From positions 1,760,001 to 1,824,000 of the forward strand of contig OY968762.1 in the NCBI GenBank assembly GCA_963695225.1: 64,000 nucleotides of DNA, written 5' to 3'. How positions within the stretch are numbered: position 1 is the stretch's first letter; each line of letters opens with the position of its first letter. The translations under genes and the position numbers were made by a program. Under the pieces are notes generated by a model that did no database searches, had not been told where the DNA came from, and saw only the letters and a list, made by a program, of their open reading frames with translations. The stretch comes from Vulcanimicrobiota bacterium. Lineage in GTDB: Bacteria; Vulcanimicrobiota; Vulcanimicrobiia; Vulcanimicrobiales; Vulcanimicrobiaceae. Positions 27,843 through 39,218 of the stretch are shown here, piece after piece.

Positions 27843-29965
27843 CAGAGCGCTCCCGCCGACGACATCTTGGCCAGTTCGCGCACATCAAACGAGACGCCGG
27901 CTTCCTCAAAGCGTTTGATCGCGCTAGGCTGCACGCCCGTGTATTGAAACTCGCCGACGACCTTGTTGTTCAAATCGACGCCGCGTTGATCGAAGCGGAT
28001 GATCTCCTGCATCGTGACGACGTCGCCTTCCATGCCGATCACCTCGCTGATGCTGACGACCTTGCGGCTGCCGTCGCGCAGGCGCGAGATCTGGACGATC
28101 GCGTCGACGGCGCTCGCGACCTGTTCGCGAATCGCCTTGACCGGCAGATCGAAGCCCGCCATCATGACGAGGGTCTCGAGGCGCGCGATCGCGTCGCGCG
28201 GAGAGTTCGCGTGCAAGGTCGTGAGCGAGCCGTCGTGGCCCGTGTTCATCGCTTGCAGCATGTCCAGCGCTTCGCCGCCACGGCACTCGCCGACCACGAT
28301 CCGGTCGGGTCGCATGCGCAACGAGTTCTTGACGAGGTCGCGGATGCGGATCTCGCCGCGCCCTTCCAAATTCGCGGGGCGCGACTCGAGCCGAACGACG
28401 TGCTCCTGGCTCAGTTGAAGTTCCGCCGCGTCCTCGATCGTCACGATACGCTCCCCCTCGGGGATGTATGACGAAAGGATGTTCAGGAACGTCGTCTTAC
28501 CTGAGCCGGTGCCCCCGCTCACGACGATGTTGAGACGCGCCTCGACCATCGCGCGGACGAAATTTACGACGTTCTCGCTGATCGCGCCGAAGCGCACGAG
28601 ATCGGCCATTTGCAGCCGTTTGGTCCCGAAGCGGCGAATCGTCAGCGTCGCGCCGTTGAGCGCCAGCGGCTCGATGATCGCGTTGACGCGGGAGCCGTCG
28701 GGCAGGCGGGCGTCGACCATCGGCGAGGACTCGTCGATACGCCGGCCGAGCGGGGCGATGATACGCTCGATGATGTTGCGCAGTTGACGCGCGTCGACGA
28801 ACTTCTTCGTGCTCAACGTGAGCTTGCCGGCGCGCTCGATGTAGATATGATCCGGCCCGTTGACCATGATTTCGCTGACGGCCGGATCGCGCATCAGGTC
28901 CTCCAGGGGACCGAGGCCTAGGACTTCGTCGATGATTTCCTGGCGCAGCGCGGCGCTCTCTTCGACCGAATTGATGTCCGGCCGCTCGGAGAGCAGCTGG
29001 CCCGTCAGCTCGCCGATCTGGGCGCGCAACTCGTTGAGCTTCTGGCTGTCGGAGTGCGCTTGGCTCGTCGCGACGACGTCGATCTTCTTGGCGAGCGCCG
29101 CGTGAATCTCGGTCTTCAGGCGGTCGCGCGCGCTGAGCGCTCGTTCGATCGCGGGTCCGCCGGAATGCGAACCGTTGGCGGCGCCGTTGCGCTGCGGGCT
29201 CCCATCCGAGGCGCCGTGATCGTCGGACGGCTGGATCATCGTGCGCGGCGCGCGGGATCCGGCGCGCCGGTCTCCGCCCGGCGGCGTCGTCGTCGAGGCA
29301 CGCAGCGAGGTGAGCACGGGCTCGGCCCCGATCGTGCTGAGGCGCTTCGCCAGCGACTCGATGGATCGCCCGAAGTTACGGTCGCTCTTGGGCGGAATTT
29401 CGCCGATCACCGCCGACCCTAGTGCCTTCTCGAGTTCGCGCGCGGAGATCTCGACGCGTCCGCTGCGCACGTTCGTGACGATCGACATGCGAGAGACGGG
29501 AATGCCGAAGCGCGTCATGTCCCCGATCAGCGTGCGTGCGGCTGCGGTTCCCAGCAGGTTCGGTTCGAGCACGATCACGAAGCGGGCGGAACGCGCGACG
29601 AAGGGACGCACCGCGGCGGCGAAGGGCGCGGGAGCGTCCACGAGGATGATGTCGTGATGCCCGAGCGACTCGACAAGCCCTTCCACATCGTCCTGGCGCA
29701 GCATGAACGAGTTGTCCAAGCTGTCCGTCAACTCGACGGCGGTGATTCCGCCGGCACGAACGACGGAGAACGTTCCGCCGGCGCGCGCGTTGTCGAAGTT
29801 CCGAACGATGTCGAGGACGACCGCCATGTTCCGGCGACCCGTCAGGTCGCCGTCGACGACGGCTACCGTGCCCGTCTTCTTCAGCTGTTGCGAAACTTCG
29901 GCCGCAAGAGTCGTCGCTCCCGATCCACCCTTGGCGTTGATCAGGACGATGATCGGCGTGTTCAT
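27839..29965 (-). CDS. tadA: Fusion of TadZ/CpaE (MinD-like) and TadA/CpaF assembly ATPase
   Basis: N-terminal deviant Walker [10 protein letters not shown] and ILVD; C-terminal [67 protein letters not shown]. Confidence 0.92.
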   Translation of the reverse strand: MNTPIIVLINAKGGSGATTLAAEVSQQLKKTGTVAVVDGDLTGRRNMAVVLDIVRNFDNARAGGTFSVVRAGGITAVELTDSLDNSFMLRQDDVEGLVESLGHHDIILVDAPAPFAAAVRPFVARSARFVIVLEPNLLGTAAARTLIGDMTRFGIPVSRMSIVTNVRSGRVEISARELEKALGSAVIGEIPPKSDRNFGRSIESLAKRLSTIGAEPVLTSLRASTTTPPGGDRRAGSRAPRTMIQPSDDHGASDGSPQRNGAANGSHSGGPAIERALSARDRLKTEIHAALAKKIDVVATSQAHSDSQKLNELRAQIGELTGQLLSERPDINSVEESAALRQEIIDEVLGLGPLEDLMRDPAVSEIMVNGPDHIYIERAGKLTLSTKKFVDARQLRNIIERIIAPLGRRIDESSPMVDARLPDGSRVNAIIEPLALNGATLTIRRFGTKRLQMADLVRFGAISENVVNFVRAMVEARLNIVVSGGTGSGKTTFLNILSSYIPEGERIVTIEDAAELQLSQEHVVRLESRPANLEGRGEIRIRDLVKNSLRMRPDRIVVGECRGGEALDMLQAMNTGHDGSLTTLHANSPRDAIARLETLVMMAGFDLPVKAIREQVASAVDAIVQISRLRDGSRKVVSISEVIGMEGDVVTMQEIIRFDQRGVDLNNKVVGEFQYTGVQPSAIKRFEEAGVSFDVRELAKMSSAGALW

Positions 29966-30777
29966 TGGGCTACTTTGTCGCCGTCGATCACCATCACGCC
30001 GAGCTTGACTGCGGGGGCGGCAGCCGGGTTGGCCGGCGGCGGCACCGCGGCGGGAGCTTGGCGCTGCGGCTGATTCACGGGGAAGTAGAGCGGCTCGACC
30101 GGGAAGTCGCGGATCGGCTCCTTCGGCGAACGCAGCGCGAGGCGCAACGTCGTGTTCAGGTCCGCCATCGCGATGAGGTCGGTCTGTTCCGGCGTCAGCT
30201 CGAGCGTGATCGTTTGATAGTTCTGGTTATCCGGGGAGGGCGTCGCGCCCGCGGTCTCGAGCATGTTCCCGAGTGCGAGGACCGTGACGCCGCGCAGAAT
30301 GGCGTAGCCGCGCGGCTGGGTGTTCCCGTCGCGCGGAGGAACGGCGATCACGTCGACCTTGTCGCCCGCCTGGATCAAGCCCGATACGCTCTTGACCTTG
30401 TCGATCGAGATGCTGACGGCCCGCGTTCCCGGCTTGAGGCGATACGTCAGCGACGTTTCGACCGGGGCGCCGATCTTGTTGGCGGTGATGATCGAGCCGG
30501 CCGGGATCGTGATCAAGGCGAGCTTGCCGTCGATCTGGCGCGGATCGAGGACTGCGTCCGGATCGACTTCGTTAGCCGCGCGAGACGACTGGCGCAGCAT
30601 CTCACGGGTGATCTTCGTGCGGGCCGGGATATCTTGGCCGGCGACGAGGATCGTGCGAGGAGCGACCTGCGGCGCCGCTTTCTCGTGAAGCCCTCCGAGG
30701 TAATTGACCGTCAAGACGCCGGTGCCGAGGGCCACGACGGCCGCGACGATCAGGGTAATGCGACGAGTCTTGTTCAT
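29962..30777 (-). CDS. cpaB: Flp pilus assembly protein CpaB/RcpC
   Basis: N-terminal TM, SAF domain (VAGQDIPARTKIT), PGTRAVSI, SGLIQAGDKVDVI, ITLELTPEQ, LRLALR. Confidence 0.9.
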   Translation of the reverse strand: MNKTRRITLIVAAVVALGTGVLTVNYLGGLHEKAAPQVAPRTILVAGQDIPARTKITREMLRQSSRAANEVDPDAVLDPRQIDGKLALITIPAGSIITANKIGAPVETSLTYRLKPGTRAVSISIDKVKSVSGLIQAGDKVDVIAVPPRDGNTQPRGYAILRGVTVLALGNMLETAGATPSPDNQNYQTITLELTPEQTDLIAMADLNTTLRLALRSPKEPIRDFPVEPLYFPVNQPQRQAPAAVPPPANPAAAPAVKLGVMVIDGDKVAQ

Positions 30778-31298
30778 TGAATGAGCCTCAAGGAGGGAGC
30801 GATGCTGTGGGAGAGGGCGACGGCGCACGCGCCGACTGCGATGGCGCATGCGTACGGCAGCGCGGTCGAGCGAGCGGGCGCGACTGCGACCGTTCCGCGA
30901 TACGCGAGGGGCCGGAGCAGCCCGGCGGTATTCCCGAACAATTCACCGAGCCGCCCCCGGAACGCCATGTATGCGACGGCGAGGACGCCCCCGGCGAGCG
31001 AGGTGTAGAGCAGAAACGACAGCACGTCCGGATAGCCGAACGCGGCGCCGGCGGCCGCGGCGAGTTTTACGTCCCCGCCGCCTAGCCAGTGCATCGAGAA
31101 GGCGAACGAGCCGAGGATCAGCACGCCGACGAGGACGGCGACCGCGCTCGCGAATTCGGCGAATCCGTGCAGCGCGTGAAACCCGAGCGCGAGGACGGCG
31201 AGCGTCGCCGAGATCGCATTCGGGATCCGCCGAGTGGAACAATCCGTCCAAACGGCGGCGACGCAGGCTACGAGGACGAGCCAGAGGAGAATGCTCAC
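30774..31298 (-). CDS. cpaA: Flp prepilin peptidase CpaA/TadV
   Basis: WTDCSTRRIPN, LGGGDVKLAAA, LPYACAI. Confidence 0.88.
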   Translation of the reverse strand: MSILLWLVLVACVAAVWTDCSTRRIPNAISATLAVLALGFHALHGFAEFASAVAVLVGVLILGSFAFSMHWLGGGDVKLAAAAGAAFGYPDVLSFLLYTSLAGGVLAVAYMAFRGRLGELFGNTAGLLRPLAYRGTVAVAPARSTALPYACAIAVGACAVALSHSIAPSLRLIQ

Positions 31299-31468
31299 GT
31301 TAGACTGTTTATCAGCGTAGAGGAGCTGCCGAGGTTGTTGTTCAGCTTATGCCCGAAGAGGGCCATCGCCGCGACTGCGGCCAGAGCTACCAGACTGACG
31401 ACGAGCGAGTACTCCACGAGGCCTTGCCCGCTTTCATCGGTCAGAACGGCATACACTACGGCTAGCAT
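31295..31468 (-). CDS. flp: Flp-family pilin 2 (57 aa, not in ORF track)
   Basis: Hand-translated MLAVVYAVLTDESG/QGLVEYSLVVSLVALAAVAAMALFGHKLNNNLGSSSTLINSLT; stop overlaps the cpaA GTG. Confidence 0.88.
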   Translation of the reverse strand: MLAVVYAVLTDESGQGLVEYSLVVSLVALAAVAAMALFGHKLNNNLGSSSTLINSLT

Positions 31469-31490
31469 AAGATCGAACCTCGCAAAGGTG

Positions 31491-31517
31491 ATATCGGCGT
31501 TTCGTTGACGGACTTGA
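31491..31517 (-). promoter_or_regulatory. sigma28/FliA-WhiG-like promoter of the flp2-cpaA-tad operon
   Basis: On the minus strand TCAA-N15-GCCGATAT, 22 nt upstream of the ATG. Confidence 0.7.
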
Positions 31518-31543
31518 GCCCGTCGTTAACGGGGAAAACATTT

Positions 31544-31584
31544 GCGCCCGCGCCGAGGCGAATGATCGCCATCGACGCGGGCGC
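31544..31584 (-). terminator. Hairpin after flp1
   Basis: GCGCCCGCGCCGA-GGCGA-ATGA-TCGCC-A-TCGACGCGGGCGC, followed on the minus strand by AAATGTTTT. Confidence 0.6.
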
Positions 31585-31604
31585 GGACATGCATCGACGA
31601 GCGA

Positions 31605-31769
31605 TTAGGTCAGCGCGTTTCCGGCACTGTTGAGCTTGACGTTCGCGTTCGTACCGATGAGGCGGAGGGCGGCGATCGCGACGACCGAGATGAGCGCGAT
31701 GATGAGCGCGTACTCGACGAGGCCCTGGCCTTCGTCGTCGCGGAGCATGGCGGAGAGATTCTTAAGCAC
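31605..31769 (-). CDS. flp: Flp-family pilin 1, probable major pilin (54 aa, not in ORF track)
   Basis: AAGGAG RBS; MLKNLSAMLRDDEG/QGLVEYALIIALISVVAIAALRLIGTNANVKLNSAGNALT. Confidence 0.92.
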   Translation of the reverse strand: MLKNLSAMLRDDEGQGLVEYALIIALISVVAIAALRLIGTNANVKLNSAGNALT

Positions 31770-31856
31770 GGGAACTCCTTAAAGCGGTGATACAGAGGGT
31801 GAGTGGGGCCACTAGGACTATCGACGAAAAACGCCGGGGTGTGTAGCTGAGTAGTG

Positions 31857-32318
31857 TTAAGATTCAGCCTTGAGGGCGGCTTCGATCGGCACGCTGACGT
31901 CCGTGTTGGGTGCCTTGAGTACGAGTCTGGGGCTCTTCGCCAGGACCGCGCCCGACGGTGACGTGGCGACCAGTGTCAGATAGGATTCCGCGAAGTAATC
32001 GCCGGCGACCGGGACTTCGAACTTGAAGTTGCCGGCATAGTCGGGCACGACGGTCCGGCGACTCACGACGATGTCTGGGATCTCGGAGCTGACCGTTCCG
32101 AGCAACGTCAGAACGATCGGCGTGGAGGCCAGCGCTTTCCCGGAAACCGCTAGATGAAAGCTGCCGGGAATCTGACGCAGGTCGAGGGAGACGGGCGCGA
32201 CGGCCGTAACCGCCACGCGATTCTGGGGTCCCGCCGCGCGGATCGCCGCGAAGCTCGGGGCCGTCGATCCGACGGTCGTCGCCAATGCGGCTAGGGCGAA
32301 GGCAGTAAATCGGTTCAC
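31857..32318 (-). CDS. Secreted hypothetical protein in the Tad locus
   Basis: GGAGG RBS before GTG 32318, signal peptide, beta-rich mature domain. Confidence 0.7.
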   Translation of the reverse strand: MNRFTAFALAALATTVGSTAPSFAAIRAAGPQNRVAVTAVAPVSLDLRQIPGSFHLAVSGKALASTPIVLTLLGTVSSEIPDIVVSRRTVVPDYAGNFKFEVPVAGDYFAESYLTLVATSPSGAVLAKSPRLVLKAPNTDVSVPIEAALKAES

Positions 32319-32370
32319 GCTGTGTCCTCCGGAACGGACTGTACGCCCGGTCCCGGGCGCCACGCAATGG

Positions 32371-32426
32371 TCATCGGCAATTCTTTACGGATTGTGTACG
32401 CAATGTTGACGCGATAACGCCGATAA
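32371..32426. promoter_or_regulatory. Back-to-back sigma28-like promoters at the Tad divergence point
   Basis: Plus strand GCAA(32400)-N15-GCCGATAA(32419); minus strand TACA-N16-GCCGATGA (32398 to 32371). Confidence 0.6.
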
Positions 32427-32493
32427 CCGGTTGTAGAATGCTTAATGCAGGCGGGGCCATAGGTCACGTCTTCTCGTCACTCGGGGGCACCAC

Positions 32494-33921
32494 GTGAATC
32501 ATCAAGGCTTTCGGAGCTCGCTGATCGGACTGACGATGGCGGCGGCAGCCGTCCTCGGCGGCCCCTCGGCATCGAATGCCCAAGAGGCAAACCTCCTCTC
32601 GGTCGCTTCCGGCGGCTCGCTCGTGCTGCATACGGAAGGGTTGACCCGCGTTGCGGTCGGCGACGGCCGGATTGCCGGCGTCGTCCCCATCGGCACGTCG
32701 CAGCTCATCGTCAATGGAAAGACGCCCGGACATACGACGTTGCTGGTCTGGGCGGGCGGCCGCCGCATCGTCTACGACATTTCCGTTTCCGAACAGAACG
32801 TCGACACGATCGCCGCGATGCTTCGCAGCTCGATCAACGAGCCGGGCGTGCAAGTGGTCAGCTTCGGCAAGTCGGTCGTCGTGAAGGGCACCGTTAGTGA
32901 TGCAGCCCACTTTCAAGATCTATCAGATGTAATATCGCGCTTCGATAAGGTCGCGACCGCAGAGAACTACAAGGTCGTCAACGCGGTCATCGTGCTCCAC
33001 CCGCTCGGGCAAGTGCAGGCCGAGCTTGCGAACATCCCCGGCGCCTCCGAAGTGCGAGTCGATCCCGACGGGAAGGGGAACGTGATCGTCAGCGGCCGCG
33101 TCCGCGAGCGCATGGATGCCGAACGCATCCTCGAACGGGCGCGCGGGCTCGCGGGTCTGTACCTCGCGGCGGACGGCAAAGTCCTCGACCGGCTCACGGT
33201 CGAGACCTCGAGCCAGGTGGACGTCAAAGTCTACGTCCTCGAGATCGATCGAAACGGGCTGCGGAACCTGGGCCTCGAGCTGCAAGCCGGCACGCCCGAC
33301 CCGGACAACCCGCGGAAGATCGTCCTCGGCGTGCCGCAATTCCCGATCTTCGAAGATACGTCCGGGAACAAGTCGGCGCTCAACATCGGCTCGTTCTTCC
33401 GCACGACGCTGCTCGCGCCCACGTTGAACTTGGTCGTGCAGAGCGGCCAAGCGCGCATCCTCTCGGCTCCCAACCTGACGACGATCCCCGGGCAGGAGGC
33501 GACGTTCTTGGTCGGCGGCGAGATCCCGTACGCGGTCTCCAACGGCACGAGCGGCGTGACGATCCAGTTCAAGGAATACGGCGTCAAGCTGAGACTCACG
33601 CCGACGCTTCACGGCAACGGCCAGATCGAGACGAAGATCGAGCCGGAAGTCTCCGACCTCGACTTCGCCAACGGCATCTCGCTCGGCGGCTTCGTCGTCC
33701 CCGCGCTCAAGACGAGCCGTCTCTCGACGGACGTCATCACGAAGCCCGGCGAGAGCATCGTCATGGGCGGCATGCTCCGGCGCGTCGAGACGAAGGACTT
33801 CACGAAGATCCCATTGCTCGGCGACTTGCCGATCCTCGGCCAGCTCTTCCGTTCGACCCGGTACCAATCCGGCGAAACGAACATCGTCTTCGTCATGACG
33901 CCGGAGGTCATCGTTCGATGA
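32494..33921 (+). CDS. cpaC: Tad secretin CpaC/RcpA
   Basis: T2SS-T3SS_pil_N (RVAVGDGRIA...GKTPGHTTLLVW), BON-like segments, secretin core APNLTT..GQEATFLVGGEIP, FKEYGVKL, KIPLLGDLPILGQLFRS. Confidence 0.92.
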   Translation: MNHQGFRSSLIGLTMAAAAVLGGPSASNAQEANLLSVASGGSLVLHTEGLTRVAVGDGRIAGVVPIGTSQLIVNGKTPGHTTLLVWAGGRRIVYDISVSEQNVDTIAAMLRSSINEPGVQVVSFGKSVVVKGTVSDAAHFQDLSDVISRFDKVATAENYKVVNAVIVLHPLGQVQAELANIPGASEVRVDPDGKGNVIVSGRVRERMDAERILERARGLAGLYLAADGKVLDRLTVETSSQVDVKVYVLEIDRNGLRNLGLELQAGTPDPDNPRKIVLGVPQFPIFEDTSGNKSALNIGSFFRTTLLAPTLNLVVQSGQARILSAPNLTTIPGQEATFLVGGEIPYAVSNGTSGVTIQFKEYGVKLRLTPTLHGNGQIETKIEPEVSDLDFANGISLGGFVVPALKTSRLSTDVITKPGESIVMGGMLRRVETKDFTKIPLLGDLPILGQLFRSTRYQSGETNIVFVMTPEVIVR

Positions 33922-34112
33922 ACGCCCTGCGCGAATTCGCCTGTAGACTGCTCCGCGACGAAACGGGCGCCACGATGGTCGAGTTTGCGCTCGTGCTGAC
34001 GCTGTGCTCCATGGTGGCGCTCGGCGGCTTCATCTTCGTCCAGTGGAACGCCAGCAACCAAATCCAAGGTACCGGATCGCGCATGACGGTCCAGGCGGCC
34101 AACCCATCATGA
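33918..34112 (+). CDS. Flp-like pilin 3
   Basis: LLRDETG/ATMVEFALVL; ATGA overlap with cpaC. Confidence 0.8.
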   Translation: MNALREFACRLLRDETGATMVEFALVLTLCSMVALGGFIFVQWNASNQIQGTGSRMTVQAANPS

Positions 34113-34131
34113 CCCTCACGGAGGAGAACAC

Positions 34132-35109
34132 GTGATCTCGATCGCCGGAAACTCGCGGCGCCCGATCCTACGAGGCACGGCACTCGTCGAGACCGCCCTC
34201 GTCATGAGCGTCGTGCTCCTCCTGATGCTCGCCTCGATCAATCTTTCGATCGTCGGCTTCTATCAAATGTCGGCCGACGCCGCGGCCTTCTTCGACGCGC
34301 ATGCGTCGGCGCTTCGGAAATCGTGCGCGCCGCAGGGAACGATCGGGCACTCGATCTTCACGCGCATCCCCACCGGGAGCTTCTCCTGCAGCCTGATCGC
34401 GGGCCAAAGCCTGAACGTGCCGGTCACGGGATACAACTTCAACTCGAACTCGACGCGCTACGGCGGCTACTCGATCGTCCAGGGCAGCCAGATTCGCTCG
34501 ACCGTCGACGCCACGACGAGCAGCATGGGAATCATTCCCGGCACTTCGAACGCCGCGATCCTCGGGGAGGCCCTCGAGCCGCAGTTCGACGAGTACGGCG
34601 TCCACTACAACGCCGACAGCAATCAGAACCCCCTCTCTTGGTTCACCAACCGCGTCGACTACTTCACGCAAGGCGAGAACACGCCGCCGTATTTCGTCGG
34701 CTACCGCATCATGCGGTTCTGCGGCGATGCGATGACCACCGGCTCCGGCGCATCGGCGGTCGCGACGCCGTGGACGCAATGCGTGAACCAGGAATGGCAC
34801 GGCCTGGGCCTCGCGGAGTATCTCGACACCGACAACTGGGGGAGTACGAATCCGGGCATCGGGCCGCGGACCGCGACCTTCCAGTGGGCCGAATGCCACC
34901 AGCAGCTCTACGTGCAGTTCGCTAACCTGCTCGCGACGTCGTACTCGGCGTCCCTGCCGACGGTCGCTCAGGCCGCCGCGGATTTCAATCCGAAACGCGT
35001 CGGCTCGCTCCTGTACAACATCTACCAGCAGGACAACATCCAGACCGCGCCGCCGACGTGGTCCTCGGGCGTCGGCGCCTACGCGACCGCGCCCGGATCG
35101 GGGTGCTAA
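34132..35109 (+). CDS. TadE-like minor pilin with large Cys-containing domain
   Basis: RG/TALVETALV motif, GGAG RBS, several Cys including the C-terminal residue. Confidence 0.75.
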   Translation: MISIAGNSRRPILRGTALVETALVMSVVLLLMLASINLSIVGFYQMSADAAAFFDAHASALRKSCAPQGTIGHSIFTRIPTGSFSCSLIAGQSLNVPVTGYNFNSNSTRYGGYSIVQGSQIRSTVDATTSSMGIIPGTSNAAILGEALEPQFDEYGVHYNADSNQNPLSWFTNRVDYFTQGENTPPYFVGYRIMRFCGDAMTTGSGASAVATPWTQCVNQEWHGLGLAEYLDTDNWGSTNPGIGPRTATFQWAECHQQLYVQFANLLATSYSASLPTVAQAAADFNPKRVGSLLYNIYQQDNIQTAPPTWSSGVGAYATAPGSGC

Positions 35110-35111
35110 CG

Positions 35112-36236
35112 ATGGAACGGCAACGCGGTCAAACCCTCCCCTTGTGGATCGGCGGCATCTTGGTCTCGCTCGCGCTGATGTTCTTCACGCTCAATTACGC
35201 GAACATGATCCGCTGGCAGATTCGGGCGCAAAACGCGGCGGACGCCGCGGCGAGCGGACTCCTCGCCATCCAAACGACGAACTGGAACCGGATGGAGATC
35301 ATGCTCTACGCGGCCGCAGTCGAGGAGTTTCGCATCCGCCGGCTGATCGATGCCGTCGTCGTGAGCGCGAACCGCTCCGGCAACTGCGTCGACCTGGCGT
35401 GGCCCGTTCAACCGGTCCCCGCAGCGACCGGCAACTCGTGCTGGAGCGATTACACGACGTTGCGCACGCAGCTCAACAAGGCGATCACGCGCTACTCGAA
35501 CGACGTGCAGCTCCTGCACGACTACACGTTCAAAGCGACGAAGTCGAACATCGAGCACGACATGCAGACGATGCTGACGCACATTCAGACGCACTGCTTC
35601 AACCAACCCGGCGGAGGCGGCGGCATCGAGGGCGCAGATTGCGCGTTCAACTACCAAATCAACTCGATGGGCGGCCGGACCGACCTGCTGGGCGTCGCGA
35701 TGGACGCGTACGTCATCCTGACGCCGCGCATCGTGAACGGCTCCATGTCCGGCCTCGTCAGCGGCTTCAACGTCTCGCAACTCAATCAGCAGCTCTGGCT
35801 CCCCGAACGAGTCGACATCGTCGCCTGCGCGACGATCCCGCCGCTCGTCCCGGGGCTCAACGCCATCGTTCGGGCCGTTCCGTTCACCGCGGTCGGCCGG
35901 GCCTCCGCGACGTCCGTCCAGGTGCTGCAAGATTGGCTGCAGCCGGGCCTCGTCGGCGATCCCGGGATCGCGAACGGCGCCGCCTTCCAATCGAGCGAGA
36001 ATCCGGCGGGCGAAATGCTCGGCAACGGCAACGACAATCCCTATTACACGATCAATTACGGCGGCAACAATAACATCGTCTATCCTCAGTACCGCGGCTT
36101 CTTAGACCCTATCGCAAACGACGAGTTCAGCGTGCAAATGGGCTGGTGGGGCTCGGTTCCGATCGCGCCGTTCGGACCGGCGGTCACGCCTGGCCAATCC
36201 GTCAGTTGCCCAGTTCCGGATTCGAGTCTCTTATGA
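35112..36236 (+). CDS. TadG-like minor pilin/adhesin
   Basis: RQRG/QTL..., then AQNAADAAA Tad_N motif. Confidence 0.8.
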   Translation: MERQRGQTLPLWIGGILVSLALMFFTLNYANMIRWQIRAQNAADAAASGLLAIQTTNWNRMEIMLYAAAVEEFRIRRLIDAVVVSANRSGNCVDLAWPVQPVPAATGNSCWSDYTTLRTQLNKAITRYSNDVQLLHDYTFKATKSNIEHDMQTMLTHIQTHCFNQPGGGGGIEGADCAFNYQINSMGGRTDLLGVAMDAYVILTPRIVNGSMSGLVSGFNVSQLNQQLWLPERVDIVACATIPPLVPGLNAIVRAVPFTAVGRASATSVQVLQDWLQPGLVGDPGIANGAAFQSSENPAGEMLGNGNDNPYYTINYGGNNNIVYPQYRGFLDPIANDEFSVQMGWWGSVPIAPFGPAVTPGQSVSCPVPDSSLL

Positions 36237-36253
36237 CCGAAGGAGCGGACCCT

Positions 36254-37576
<1,323 letters not shown>

Positions 37577-37613
37577 CCCGGGCCCGGCACGCGAGCCGGA
37601 TCGCAAAAACCAG

Positions 37614-37650
37614 AAGAGAGATGGGTGGCCCAGGCCACCCATCTCTCTTT
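37614..37650 (+). terminator. Intrinsic terminator of the cpaC-pilin operon
   Basis: AAGAGAGATGGGTGGCC-CA-GGCCACCCATCTCTCTT perfect 17-bp inverted repeat followed by T. Confidence 0.8.
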
Positions 37651-37704
37651 CAACTAACCGGCTCCAGCTGCCGATGAACGAGGGGTGGCAGTCGAGGGAA
37701 TCGA

Positions 37705-39138
37705 GTGACCTGGGCTCGCGGCGAGCGCCGCATCCTCCTCATCGCGATCGGGCTCGCGCTCGTCCTGCGCCTCGCGCTCGCGTTTCTGAACGACGACGCC
37801 AACGACGATCACCTCCCGGTGATCGATGCGATCGTGCGGACCGGGAGCCTCCCCGCGTCCGGGGTCTGCTTCGAGTGCTACCATCCCAAGCTGTTTCACG
37901 CGAGCGCCGCCGCCGTCGCGTACGTTCTCGGCATTCGTCCCTCGTCCGATAACGCGCCGTACCGCTTGCCCGCCCAGATCCTCTCCGCGCTCGCGGGTTT
38001 CCTCATGCTCTGGGCTGGGCGCGCCTTCATCTGGGAAGCGACCGCCGACCGCCGCATCAGGTATTGGACGCTCGCGTTGCTCGTCTGCAACGCGCCGCTC
38101 GCCGGAATCAGCATCCAGGCGACGAACGACTCCTTCGCGATCCTGTTCGGTTCGCTGGCGCTCTTGCTCGCGGCGCGCCTGACGAGGGTCGCTCCGAGCG
38201 CCCCGCTGCCCCTGCGGACGGTCGCGTTCGCGAGCGGCGCGTGCATCCTGGCGGCGCTGAGCAAGGCCAACGGACTCGTCATCTTCGCTTCCGTTGCCGC
38301 GCTGTTCGCGTGGCGAACTCTGGCACGGATCAGGTTCTCGGGGGAGCGGCGAACGAACCTGATCGCGCTCGCGCTCCTGTGCCTCCCGTTCTTCGCCGTC
38401 GTCCCGTTCGCCGGACAGTACGTCCAAGCGTTTCACGCGGCGGGGACGCCGTTCGGCAACGTCCCGAAGAACTCGCCGCCCGGACTCTGCTCGCCGGTCC
38501 TCCCGACGGAACCGGGGGGCTTCAACCGGCCCGGCGTCCTTTCGGTCTGCGAGGGATACTTCACGTTCGACCTGCCGGGGATTCTGCGCCACCCGTACAT
38601 CGAAAGCTGGGGGACGAACATCATCGGGGCGCGCAGCTCGCTCTGGACGCAGCTCTACGCTCGCTCCCATTTTCTCTTCTTCGAACAATGGCCGCCGCGC
38701 TGGGCCGGCACCGAGCCGTGGATTCTGGCTCTCGGACAGGCGACGCTCTCCCTCTGCCTGATCCCGGCGGCGATCGCGCTGCTCGGGCTGGGCCTCGGCG
38801 CAGCCTCGTTCCTGCGGGAACGAACGGCCGCCGCGCGCCTCTGGAGTCCGGCCGGCGCGGCCGTCGTCCCGGCGCTCGCCATGCTCGCCGCCTTTGCCGC
38901 CCTGAATTACCAGTATCGCGATCACGCGAGCATGAAGGCGATCTACGTCTTTCCCGTGATGTTCTCCGCGCTCTGGTGCTTCCAAAGGGGCGCCGCGGCT
39001 CTACGGGAGCGCCTGGAGGCTCTCGGCGCGAGCCCCGCCCTGGTCGAGAACGGGATCGGGAGCGCCGTCGTCGGCGCGTGCGCGCTGTATCTCGTCGCGC
39101 TGGGGGCGCTGGCGTGGAGGCTGCACCTGAAGGCGTAG
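37705..39138 (+). CDS. GT-C fold (ArnT/PMT-like) membrane glycosyltransferase
   Basis: First loop NDDH...ECYHPKLFH, ATNDS, ALSKANG, about 11 TM helices. Confidence 0.65.
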   Translation: MTWARGERRILLIAIGLALVLRLALAFLNDDANDDHLPVIDAIVRTGSLPASGVCFECYHPKLFHASAAAVAYVLGIRPSSDNAPYRLPAQILSALAGFLMLWAGRAFIWEATADRRIRYWTLALLVCNAPLAGISIQATNDSFAILFGSLALLLAARLTRVAPSAPLPLRTVAFASGACILAALSKANGLVIFASVAALFAWRTLARIRFSGERRTNLIALALLCLPFFAVVPFAGQYVQAFHAAGTPFGNVPKNSPPGLCSPVLPTEPGGFNRPGVLSVCEGYFTFDLPGILRHPYIESWGTNIIGARSSLWTQLYARSHFLFFEQWPPRWAGTEPWILALGQATLSLCLIPAAIALLGLGLGAASFLRERTAAARLWSPAGAAVVPALAMLAAFAALNYQYRDHASMKAIYVFPVMFSALWCFQRGAAALRERLEALGASPALVENGIGSAVVGACALYLVALGALAWRLHLKA

Positions 39139-39218
39139 CGCCGCAACCCCCACCGTCCGAGGGACGGATCCGCCGAACGCTACGGGCGCGCGGCCCTCTT
39201 GCCGATGAACAGAATGTG

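Noticed and set aside
32406..32439. sigma70 promoter TTGACG...TAGAAT upstream of cpaC
   Set aside because: The spacer is 22 bp, too long; the sigma28-like match fits better.
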